64,000 nucleotides of DNA, taken from IMG/VR virus record IMGVR_UViG_3300021185_001461, positions 57,229 through 121,228 of that record; one strand, 5' to 3'. The position numbers were made by a program, and so were the translations under genes. Below, piece after piece: positions 26,467 to 38,600 of the stretch (position 1 is the first letter of the stretch; the number at the start of each line of letters is the position of its first letter). A model generated the notes under the pieces. That model was not told the origin of the DNA and made no database searches. It saw nothing but the letters and a program-made list of their open reading frames with translations. The DNA is from a virus.

Positions 26467-29400
26467 ATGGCACAAAAATCAAGACAAAATAAACTTTTTG
26501 CGGCAGAAGACTTTACAGTAATCTACGAATCATATGTTAATGCAAACTTTCAAGCATTTGACTTTGATACTATTAGAACTGCAATGGTTGACTATGTACG
26601 CAATAATTATCCAGAAAATTACAATGACTGGATAGAATCAGCTGAATTTGTATCACTACTAGATGTAGTTGCACAGTTTGGACACAACTTAGCATATCGA
26701 GTAGATATGAATGCTAGGAATAATTTTTTAAGTACAGCACAAAAACAAGAGTCAATTTACAAGTTAGCAGAGTTTTTAGGATATCAGCCAAGACGCAATG
26801 TGCCAGCGTACGGTGAACTAAAAGTAGTAAGTGTTAAAACAAACGAAAATATTATTGGAAGTGATGGAACAAGTTTAGGCGGGCGAGATATTAAATATGA
26901 AATCTCAAACAATATTAATAACTTAGATGATTTCATTACAGTACTGAACTCTGTATTACAAAATAGTAATCGTTATGGTAGTCCAAAAAAGTCAGTAGTA
27001 ATTAATAATATCAAAACAGATTTTTATGATCTTAATAATACACCCAATCAAATTAAATTTGATGCACAAGGATCAGTATTAGGATCATCTGCACCCTTTA
27101 ATATTATAAGCAGTAACTATGATAACGACACAAGAAACTTTACAGAAAAATATCCAGATCCAGTAGGAAGTTTTGGAATATATTATAAAGATGATGGAAA
27201 AGGAATAACCAGTGTTAATACTGGATTTTTCCTTGGCATTAAGCAAGGATCATTGCAGTTTCAAGACTTTAATATAGATACTCCTATTGACAGTATGTCT
27301 TTGGATGTTAATGTTAAAAATATAAACAACTCAGACATATGGGTACAAAATGTTAATAGTACAGGTAATGTTGTTAAACAATGGACCAAAGTTAAAGATG
27401 TTAATAGTAATGTAATTTATAATAATTTAACAACAGGTGAACGTGACATATTCAGCGTTAAAACAAGAAAAGATAATCAGATATCAGTTTTGTTTCCTGA
27501 TAGTACATTTGGTAATGTTCCAAAAGATACTATTAGAATATGGTATAGAACAAGTGTAAACAATACATATATTTTAAGACCAGACGATTTTCAATCTAAA
27601 AAAATACAAATAAACTATACTGGTACTGACGGTAATATTTATGTAGCATCATTTTTAGTGCAACTTAAACAATCAATTTCTACTGCTAGTTCAAATGAAA
27701 GTTTAGACGAGATAAGAGAAAATGCTCCAAAGAATTATGCTAGTCAAGATAGAATGATTACTGCATCAGACTACAACACAATGCTAGGAAACACAAATGG
27801 TGGAATATTAAAAATCAAAAGTGTCAATCGAACATTTAGTGGACACAGTAGATATTCTAAATTTATTGACCCAACCGGAACATACAGTAATTTATACTTA
27901 ACAGGAAATGATGCGTCATTGCAATCAACTAATGACATACAACAAATGTCTGCAGCATCAACAGAAAATGCTAATCAAATATTTGAAAAATATTTAAAGA
28001 ATATATTAGACAATGACGAATTTGTAAATTTATATTATACAAGATACAGAAAACATTTTGTAGCACTAGCAGTTGCAGCCGATCACTTTGATGGTGTAGT
28101 TAATTCGGGTAGTGGATTTTCTACAAACACAACTGAAACAGTACAATCTGCATCTACATACACTTGGAACACAGATAGTACTACTGCAAGTAACATTTTA
28201 AATGGCTACTTCACAGATTCTACAAATACCAGAAAAAGAGTAGGTACTACTGTAAGTGATTATACACAATACATTACACCTGGTGCATTAATTAAATTTA
28301 AGCATGTAACAACAGATGATACTCCAGTAACTACATACAAATGGGCCAAAGTTATTAGTGTTGCAGGACATGGATTAGGCATAGAAGGTACAGGAAGTAA
28401 TGCAGGACAACCAACTGGTAAGAAGGCAGATGGCACAGGCGCTATTGTATTAGACACTAACATAAAAGCTTCTAGTACTATTGAAATTATATATCCTGCT
28501 TTATCTAAAAAATTCTCTGTAAGAGAACAAGAACTAATTACAGATATGTTAGAAGCAAAAAGATCATTTAATTTAAAATATATTCCAGAAAATAAATCAT
28601 GGAGAGTTGATTTCCAATCCGAAGATATAAACTATGCTAATAGCACACCAGCTAATTATCCACCAGACTTTAATACAAAAGATGCAAGTTGGGTTATTTG
28701 GGTAGAATATACAGACACAAATTATGATATATATTTGAGAACTCTAGGATTTAAATTTGCAAGCAACACAGTACATTTGGGTAATATTAAAAACGAACTA
28801 GAAATAGGAACGTATACTAAAAAAGCAAAACGAGATATTATTACTATGCTAGGCGCTGATGGAACAAATATAACTACTACTGGAACTTTTTATGTATATG
28901 GATATAATAATTATATAGATTCAGATGATTACAGATTAACATTAATTGATACTAATGCAGACAGTAGACCAGATAATCCAGATACATTTAGAGATGTAGT
29001 AGGTGCCGGGAACACAGAACTACCTAATCCAGCAAACTTTCAATGGGAGCATATTGCTACAGATAACCAAGCAGTGGATCCAAGTTTTACAAATATTATT
29101 GATGTATTTGCATTATCAAAATCGTATGATACAGAATATAAAAATTATTTAAATGATATAACATTAAGCGAACCAATTCCACCTTCTAGTTATCAATTAG
29201 GAACACAGTTTTCTAGTGTTCAAGATAAAAAAGCAATAAGTGATACAATAGTTTATAAGCCAGTTAAATATAAACCATTGTTTGGAACACACGCAGAACC
29301 ACAACTTAGAGCAAGGTTTAGAATAATTAAATTGTTTGGCTCTAACATCACCGACAGTGATTTAAAAACAAAAACAGTATCAGCTATAAACAGTTTCTTT

Positions 29401-29643
29401 GATTCAAGTAATTGGGACTTTGGTGAAACATTTTATTTTACAGAGTTGGCTGCATATGTACACAAAGAACTAGCAGGCATTCTAAGTAGTTTTGTTATTG
29501 TACCACAAGGTGCAGGAAGTGTATTTGGAGATATGTTTGAATATACACCAAACACAGATGAACTTATTATACCAGATGTGAATGTAGATGATATTGATAT
29601 TATTGAAAACATTACAGACGCAAATATTAAAGCAGGAAGTTAA
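26467..29643 (+). CDS. gp6: baseplate wedge protein (gp6-like)
   Basis: DFDTIR, NFL.TA, LGY.P, ES..EIR.NAP..Y.SQDRMITA.DY. Confidence 0.88.
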   Translation: MAQKSRQNKLFAAEDFTVIYESYVNANFQAFDFDTIRTAMVDYVRNNYPENYNDWIESAEFVSLLDVVAQFGHNLAYRVDMNARNNFLSTAQKQESIYKLAEFLGYQPRRNVPAYGELKVVSVKTNENIIGSDGTSLGGRDIKYEISNNINNLDDFITVLNSVLQNSNRYGSPKKSVVINNIKTDFYDLNNTPNQIKFDAQGSVLGSSAPFNIISSNYDNDTRNFTEKYPDPVGSFGIYYKDDGKGITSVNTGFFLGIKQGSLQFQDFNIDTPIDSMSLDVNVKNINNSDIWVQNVNSTGNVVKQWTKVKDVNSNVIYNNLTTGERDIFSVKTRKDNQISVLFPDSTFGNVPKDTIRIWYRTSVNNTYILRPDDFQSKKIQINYTGTDGNIYVASFLVQLKQSISTASSNESLDEIRENAPKNYASQDRMITASDYNTMLGNTNGGILKIKSVNRTFSGHSRYSKFIDPTGTYSNLYLTGNDASLQSTNDIQQMSAASTENANQIFEKYLKNILDNDEFVNLYYTRYRKHFVALAVAADHFDGVVNSGSGFSTNTTETVQSASTYTWNTDSTTASNILNGYFTDSTNTRKRVGTTVSDYTQYITPGALIKFKHVTTDDTPVTTYKWAKVISVAGHGLGIEGTGSNAGQPTGKKADGTGAIVLDTNIKASSTIEIIYPALSKKFSVREQELITDMLEAKRSFNLKYIPENKSWRVDFQSEDINYANSTPANYPPDFNTKDASWVIWVEYTDTNYDIYLRTLGFKFASNTVHLGNIKNELEIGTYTKKAKRDIITMLGADGTNITTTGTFYVYGYNNYIDSDDYRLTLIDTNADSRPDNPDTFRDVVGAGNTELPNPANFQWEHIATDNQAVDPSFTNIIDVFALSKSYDTEYKNYLNDITLSEPIPPSSYQLGTQFSSVQDKKAISDTIVYKPVKYKPLFGTHAEPQLRARFRIIKLFGSNITDSDLKTKTVSAINSFFDSSNWDFGETFYFTELAAYVHKELAGILSSFVIVPQGAGSVFGDMFEYTPNTDELIIPDVNVDDIDIIENITDANIKAGS

Positions 29644-29645
29644 TA

Positions 29646-32600
29646 ATGGCTAAGAAAAAAGCAGGACAACAAAAAGTCAACAATGTAAAATCTAGTAATT
29701 TTTTACCTAGTATTTTTCAAACAGAACTTAATAAAAGTTGGCTAGATAGTACACTAGATCAAATGGTTTCTAAAGGACCGCTTGATAATATAGATGGCTA
29801 TATAGGTAGTAAGCACGGTAACATAGCAAAAGCCAATGATGTGTATATTGAGTCACAGGATTCTAAAACACAATTAACTCCTGCACTTGTATCATATGAT
29901 AAACAAAAACAATTAACTAATTCGATTGCGTTTGATGATATTGCTAATTCTATAAACACAAACTTTGCTACATACAATTACAATTCAGCATATTCATCTG
30001 ATAGATATACATTTAACCCACCAATTGATATTGACAAATTTGTTAACCATACCAACTATCGTTGGGTACCGGAGTTACCGGTATACGAAAGTATATGGAC
30101 AGGTACTAGTAAAAACCCAATAACAGATATACAAACTAATGGCATCTCAACACTAACAGATGATAACAATACATTTACAGTTGAAAACCAAATGCTTATT
30201 AAGTTTACTGGGTCAGGTTGGGATGCAAGTGTTTTAAATAAAACATATATCGTAGCAGGCTCAGTAGGTGAACACAAGTTGTATGAATATTTAGATGCAA
30301 GTGGAAACAGAGTATACAATAATACAGTAAGTCATTCAGAAGATGCAGATGGTGGATGGTGGAATGGAATATTACACACTGTAGAATTAAACACTAGCTA
30401 TAGTGGCTATCAAGCAAGTTCTGTTGAATCTCCACAACAACTAGTAGACCACTACAATGATGATCTTACTTCTTTAAAACTGCCGTATTTTAGTGGATTT
30501 ACATTTCTTAACTACAAACCAGAATCTAACAACACACAACTTATTAAAAACACTCTTGTAAAATTTACAGGAAGTTGGACACATACAGGTATAACAAACA
30601 ATACTGATATATTTTCGCTAACAATTGATGCTACTACAGGAGATGTATCCATTGCGGCTGCAACTGCTGACGAGATAGCATCAGCAAATACAACACTATC
30701 ACCAGACAATAATTTAATGTACAACGAAGGATTTCCAGTAGATCCACAAAGAGATTATATTGTAATTGCAAAAGAAGATTCCGGACAAACTGCATGGAGT
30801 AGAGCCAACCATTGGGTTAACATCAGTACAATTAAAAAACTACAAGAACTGATACCTACATACGATTTTACAGAAGTTAAAAACATTAAAAGAAAAGCAC
30901 AACGACCTATTATAGAATATAATGCAGAACTACACTTATGGGACACGCAAACAAAAACAAAAATTAATCAATATCCTTTGTATAAATTCTTTAACACAGA
31001 AGGTGAATCACTTGAAGGTGGATGTAATAAATCATTTACAGGTGAGAAGATTTTTGGTTATAAAGAAGGAACAGGTACTAACGATACTGAACTAGGGTTT
31101 CCATTAAGTTATAAGGACACACCAAAGGGTGCTGAGTATGAATTTGAAAACTTTATTTTAACACACGAATACTATACTAATCATTCTAATGCAGAATATT
31201 CAAAGGCAACGTATTCAAAGGAGCAACTAGGATACAACTTCTTTAAACAAAATAATGTGTTAAAAACTATTTACACACCAGCTGGTATTCCAGCAGGTGC
31301 TTGGTCAACTGCACAATATAAAGTAGATACAACTGATGCCGCATTAGAAATTCCATATGGATCTGATAATTTTAAATTAAATGAAACATTCTTTTTACAT
31401 AAAATAGATAATAACATTTCTATTAGTGTTGCATACAGCAACGGCACTACTAATACAATGCATACTGGTAATGCGGAATTATATACAGTATGTGAAAGTG
31501 AAACAATTGAATTTAATAACTTAACTGATATAACATCAACAGAAATAAAAATAATTTCAAACGGAGTAGACATTGAATCAACTTCTATACCCGAAATTAC
31601 ATTTACAAGAACTAGTGATAAAATAACTTTAGTAACAAGTGGGTCAAGTAATGGTAAGCAATTTAATGTAGTACATGACGATGGTTCTACAGTAACAGTA
31701 TTACAATCATTTATTATTGATACTGAATGCAATAAATCATTTTACAAAATTCAACTTAATGGTGCAAACATTGATCCATCAAAAGTAACTATTAACGCAA
31801 CAACTATTTCAATAGACGAAAGCATACTTGCATTAGATGACTTAGTGGACTTTAGTTGGAGAAGCAATGATTTAACAAACGAAACAACTGATATAAGTTT
31901 ACCTGATGTACATGTTCATAACTCAAGTAACTCAGTAATTAAAACATTTACAATGAGCGAAACAATTAATCATTGGACAGATAAATTAAACTCTATGCCA
32001 GGATTTGATATTACCCTCGCTGATAATAATTATGCTAGTATACCTCATACTACACAGTATGGTGGAACAATCTTTGTACATGAGAATAATACTACAATGC
32101 ATGACATTAATTATTCTAACAAAAAAGCAACAATTACTGGAGCATTAGTAGAACAAGGAAAAGAATTTAATGCATTTAGAACAAGAGTAAGTTCACAAGC
32201 AAGACGATTATTTACATTGGGTACTTCAAGTGTACAACAATTAACAGATGATGCAATTACTGAAATCATTAGAAACAAACAAAAAAATACATTGTATAAT
32301 ACATCTAATATGCTATACGGTGAGCTATCTAACAAACAACAATTTAGTTTAGAAGGCGCTATATCTACTTTGCCAAAAACATTTAAAACAAGATTTACAT
32401 TTAACGGTGATACTAATATTAGAGATCATGTATATGTTTACTTAACAGAAAACAATGGAAGTGACAAACAAATTAGAAGACTTCTTCTAAAAGATAGAGA
32501 TTATAGATTCTTAAGTAACACAGTAGAAATACTTATTGACTATGCAGCCTTAGACAGTAATCTAACAGAACCTAAATTAGAAGTTTATCATATTAAAATG

Positions 32601-35600
32601 GACGAAGCAAGTTTTGTTCCGCCTAGTATGGTAAAACTTGGATTAGCATATGGTGTAGAACCACAAGTAAACAACGGCATATTATATACACACGATGGTA
32701 AAGAAATTAGTGTTACTGATGAAACTAGTTTAATAGACTTAGACTCTACAACATTTGATCCTGTAAACGCAGTAGTATACGAAATGGAAAAACGTATATA
32801 TGCAGGACTTGTTAAAGAAGATTATATGTATAGTGATGAGAAAAAAGGAAGAAATAAATTTAATTCTCCAGTTGAGTACTTGCCAACAGAACATGTAAAC
32901 ACGTGGTTTAAATTAAATGATTTAAATAACTATTTAGAAAAATATTATTACAAGTGGGCTAGACTCAACAATATTACAAGTCTAAACACAGATAACTATT
33001 ATGATGCTGCAGATCCATTTACTTGGAACTACAGTACATTATCAATTGGTAGTGAATCAATGCCAGGACATTGGAAGGGTGCATACACACATATATTTGG
33101 TACAGCTACTCCTCACTTAACTCCTTGGCACATGCTAGGACATGCATTTAAACCAACATGGTGGGACACACATTACAGTTGGACAGACGCAACTAAACGT
33201 ACTGCATTAATTAACGCATTAACAAACGGTATAGTTTCAAATCCAAGCAGTAATACCATACAAGTTTTACGCAACGCAAGATACACATGGGACTGGAGAG
33301 ATGTTCCAACAGGCAATTGTCCAGTTAAAACTGACGGTACACTAGAAGACCCAGATACAGTTTTAGGAACTCCATCAAACGTTGATAAAGAACAAGACTT
33401 TGTGTTTGGTGATTGGGGTCCTGTAGAAGCACAATGGAGATTTAGTGCAGAAGGACAAGCAGTATTATTAGATGCAGTATTAAAATTAAATCCTGCAAAA
33501 GCATGGACAGACTTTTTCCAACCAGGTGCAATAGACAGTTATAAATCTGTTATTAAAAATATAAATCATTATACACAAGATTTAATTAATACTAAAGATT
33601 TTAAAATTCCAGGAAAAATATATGAGAGTAGTATTTACAGTTTAAAACTTAAAACAACTTCTCAATCTAATTTAGAAAAAGATGGATACTTTAATATTAT
33701 AGATGATGATCAAAGTACGTTTGCTAGAGCAAGATATGTACTCAATGATATTAGTCTAGCATCCGGTTCAACTGATAGTATTAGTTTAATTGAAAGAGGA
33801 TTAAACTTTACCGGGTATCCGATTGTTTCATATGCTGGTTCTGATTCAGTAACAAATTCTATAAACGTTGATATTAAACTTAAACAAATTCCATTTACAG
33901 CAAATGGAATAGCACAAGCACAATATAATTATTTAATTAGAAATAGTATTGATGTTAACTTAGAAGATTTATATACAAAACTAGAAACAAAATTACAAGC
34001 AAAAGTTAACGGCTTCACTAATAAACATTTATTAAATTTATCATCAGAAACTAGTACAGTAGGAGACCTTACACTAGGAGCAGAAGACTTTAATGTTAGT
34101 ATGTACGAAGGTTCATTAAATGAACTAGTTACTGCAAGTTCTGTGCTTGTAACAAAAACAGTTCTTGGATATAAAGTTGAAGGGTTTAATAACAATACAA
34201 GAGAGTTTAAATTTTATGAACCAAACATAGATAACCCAACAGATTACATAACAAAAGATATTAATGGACAAGCACTAAGACGATATAATAAATTTGTAAC
34301 AGTGCCTAGTATAGCAGAGTATGATACACAATTTAGCAAAACACAAGACATGTATAATTTTGTAAGAGGCTACTGGAAGTGGATGGAAGTTCAAGGATAT
34401 ACTCCTCAAAATGACAGTGATGTTGCATCTACTGATTTTATTAATTGGGCAGTAACAGCAGAAGTAAATGATTCTACTATTTTACATCTGGGACAATTAA
34501 TACAATACAAACCAGCAACGGGTCATGTATATGAGTTTAATACATTAGAGTACAACAGTAATGATATTCTGTCAACAGATCATACTAGAATAGATAACAG
34601 CAAATTAGGTATCAAGCGTATCGATGGAATAGTTTCAATTGAAACAAAGGATAGCGAATTTATAGGAAGCACTACTAGTGCTGTGTTAAACTACGAACAT
34701 ATTATTATATTAGAAAATAAAACAAAATTAGGAGTAACTATTTACGATGATATTAAATCTAATAGTTTACAAAGACTTGTACTAACTGGACAAAGAACAC
34801 TAAACTGGACTGGAGAGAAAAAAGCACCTGGTTATTTAATAGTTAATGATAGTATTGTACAGAACTTTGATAGTGCAGTACAAAGTGTTGATAACATATA
34901 CAGAACAGACGTAGATGAATTTAATTTATCTTTTTCTAAATCAAAAGATTTAACAATTGGAAATATAGAAGGACAAATGCTAGATGGATTAGGCATTAAT
35001 AAAAATGTACTTACAAATTATTATCAAGGTATGATAAAAGAAAAAGGCACAAAAGGTGCAATAGAACATGTAGGTAAAAGCAACATACTCCACAAAGCAG
35101 AAACAACAGTTTCAACATACGAACAATATATGTTTAGGCAAACATATTTAGGTAATAACGACTTTGAGGCAGCACTTGAAATAGAATTAAAATCAAGTGA
35201 TATTAACTCATCGCCGCAAGTAATAACATTAGATTCAACTTCAACCGCATCTAATGTTATTAAAATAACTGACGATAGAGTTGTTAATTCAACAGGAACA
35301 TCTCCTCTCATTACATTTGAAGAAGTAGAATATGATGATGCAAATTTAGATATACTTACTGGTGGTGAAGCACTTGTTACTGAAACAGATTATCAAGTAT
35401 TAAGTTCAAACGAAATAAGTTCTGTATTTGACAGTACGGCCGATTATGCAACTATTCCAACTTGGAGTCCTACTGTAAGTTACAAAAAAGGCGATCAAGT
35501 TCGATTCCGTGGACATCTGTGGAAATGTAAAGTTAACTTTACTGGATTAGATGTTGTATCACCTACTATAGAAGCAACTACTCCATTAGCAACAGACCAA

Positions 35601-38600
35601 AATATACTTACATATGGAACAGTGGCAAGCATTGACGGTACAGTAACTACTATTCAAAGAACTAGAGAAGTTTATAACGACATTGTTGCAACTGGCTCAA
35701 GTTTCACTCCATTCTTAGAAAGCGAAACACTTGAAATAGGATATCTAGCAAACATGACTCCTATTACATTTTCAAAACAAGAAAGTATACCAACAGTAGT
35801 TGGACCAGCAGCTATAAAAGGCGAAGCAGGCCCTATTAGTTTTAATGATGTTACTGGCAAAGCTATTACTATTAATATTAGAAACACAGCTTCTAATGGA
35901 ACAATTACAGACAACAATACAGTAGTTAACTTTGATACAACACCACTAAATGTAGTTGAAAACTTTACTGGCGATGGAATTGAAACACAATTTACTATAG
36001 CACAAATATTGTCTAGTAGTACTTACGCAGTAGATAGTATAACAATTAACGGTAACTTAGCAACTGCAATAACTGACTATAATGTAGCTTCGCAAGTTAT
36101 TACGTTTACATCTCCACCAGCAAATGCTTCTGCTATTATTGTAACATTAGTACACATTCCAAACCAAATGAGTGCGGAAGATATTAAAGACCATATTAAT
36201 AATGCCGGTATAACAAACCTAACTGCATCGCTTGAAACAGCTGGTACTGTTGAAGTATTGCAATTAAGTTATCAAGATACTGACATAGGAAATCAATTAG
36301 TATTAGAAGCAGGCTCAACTAATAATGATTTAGGATTTATAACAACCCCTACTCCAAATCAACAAATAGTTGCTTCTCAACTAATACAAGGTGTTATTAC
36401 TCCAACTAACTTAACTGTTGAAGAAGTAAGAGATCAAATCAATGCTACGGCAAATCTTGCCGCACAAATAACAGCATCTGTGTCTGGTGGTAACATTGTA
36501 TTAACTGATACAGATGGTAGTGTTAACTTAGCAATATCAGGTACTGCTAGAACAAAATTAGGACTGGAAACATCTTACTCAACTGGTACATCAACAGAGA
36601 ATCGTTCAGCGACTTATGCCGAAGCAGTTGCAGATATACAAGCAACACTTACTGCTCAAAGCATATCAGGTGTTAATGTTGTACTTGTTGGTAACGCAAT
36701 TAAATTTGAATCAACTAACTCAAGTTTAAACTTAGGCGATACTGATTTTAATTCTCAAACAGGATTACAAACAGGTATTATATATGCTTCTGAAGGTGAT
36801 GTTGATAACGATTGGGATACTGAACATTACGCATATTTTGATCCAATAGTAGATGACCCAGCATTATACAATATATTAATAGCAGATGACAGTGACTTTG
36901 AAATTGAAAGTTTTGGAGATGTGGTTACTAAATTCTGGGGATGGAATGTTCTTCAAGTAACACAAAGACGAATATGGAAATATCCAGGGCAATGGGAAGA
37001 TTCAAATTTATATAGTTTACCAAGTGCTAGTAAAAATGCAGCGACAGTGGCTGCAGGTGGCACGGCTACTACATGTGGCATATGTGCAGGACTATCAAGC
37101 AAAGATGGTAATGATGCTGAGATAACAACTAACCTACCACATCAGCTCAATGTAGGAGATTATGTGCAACTATTAAACACAGACACTACTCCAACTATTG
37201 ATGGTATACACAAAGTAACAAAAATTGATCCAAATGATGCTTACGTATTTTACATTGATGAATTTATTGAAAAGTGTGGTAATGCACAGTCTATTATGCC
37301 GCTAGTAACTACTAGATTTAAAAACAAAGATCAAAGAGGAGATACTGCATCAACTACAGTATTTGGTGCAGAAGATTCTAGGCGTTGGAATATTCCAGTA
37401 GGTGCTCTTACTTTTGTTAACAACGTCGATGGTGTAAGAGGAACATTTGTTGAGAAGAAAACAGCAACTAGCCCAACATATGAGTTTGTTAGAACTAACA
37501 CTACAAGACCTACTAATAAAGACATAGACAGTGTAATAATTTACAATCAAAAAACTAACCAATCAAAAGTACAATTAGAAGTATGGGACCCAATGAGAAA
37601 GATTATTCCTGGCATTGCACAAAGAAACTTAGACTATATTAATTTTTCTGATAATGCAATTTATAGTACTTCAACAGACGAAAGTCATTTAACAGATGAA
37701 GATAATGCATGGGGCTCAGAACAACTTGGTACTAGATGGTGGGATACAAGCAGAGCAAGATATTATGATTACGATCAAGGTGGCTTAAGAGTAGCAGGGT
37801 CGTGGGGTTACTTATACCCAGGAGCCGAAATTGCAGTATGGGAATGGATTAAGTCAAATGTAGCACCAGATGATTATGCTAAAGCAGTAACTGAATCAAA
37901 AGAAATGTTTGGCACAGTTGCAACCGGAGAAGCATATTTTATATATGACAGTGTTGCAAAAGAAAATGTTTACTACTATACAACAGAAAAAGAATACAAT
38001 AGTGACACAGGAAATTATAATGATGTATATTATTTCTGGGTTAAAAATAAAACAACCACAACTGATACAAGAACATTATCAGCATTTGATGTAGCTAATA
38101 TAATTGAAAATCCATCAGCAAATGGTATCAGTTGGTTTGCAGTAACAAATAACAATTCATTTATTGTTAGTAACATTAATTATTATCTAGAAGATGAAAA
38201 TACTGTATTACAAATTAACAAAGCAGGCAATAAATTTAACTCACACAACGAGTGGACAATGATTGCTAAAGATAAAGATTTAATTCCAGAATATTATTTT
38301 AATTCAATGAAGCATAGCTTCTCTGGTGTAAATTCAGCAACAGGTGACGCTATTCCATATTCTACATTACATAGATTTAATCGCTATGGCAATGATATGG
38401 ATATTGGACAAACATGGTTTAATGATTTATCGGGTGCTAGAAGAAATGCAGTTGTAACACTTAATGAAATATTTAAAAACATTAATCTAAATGATGTATA
38501 TAAAAATACATGGGATAAAACATTTATAGCTAATAAATTTCCTACTCTATTATGGGAGTGGATAGACTATAAATTAGAAACATACAACAGTACATATAAT

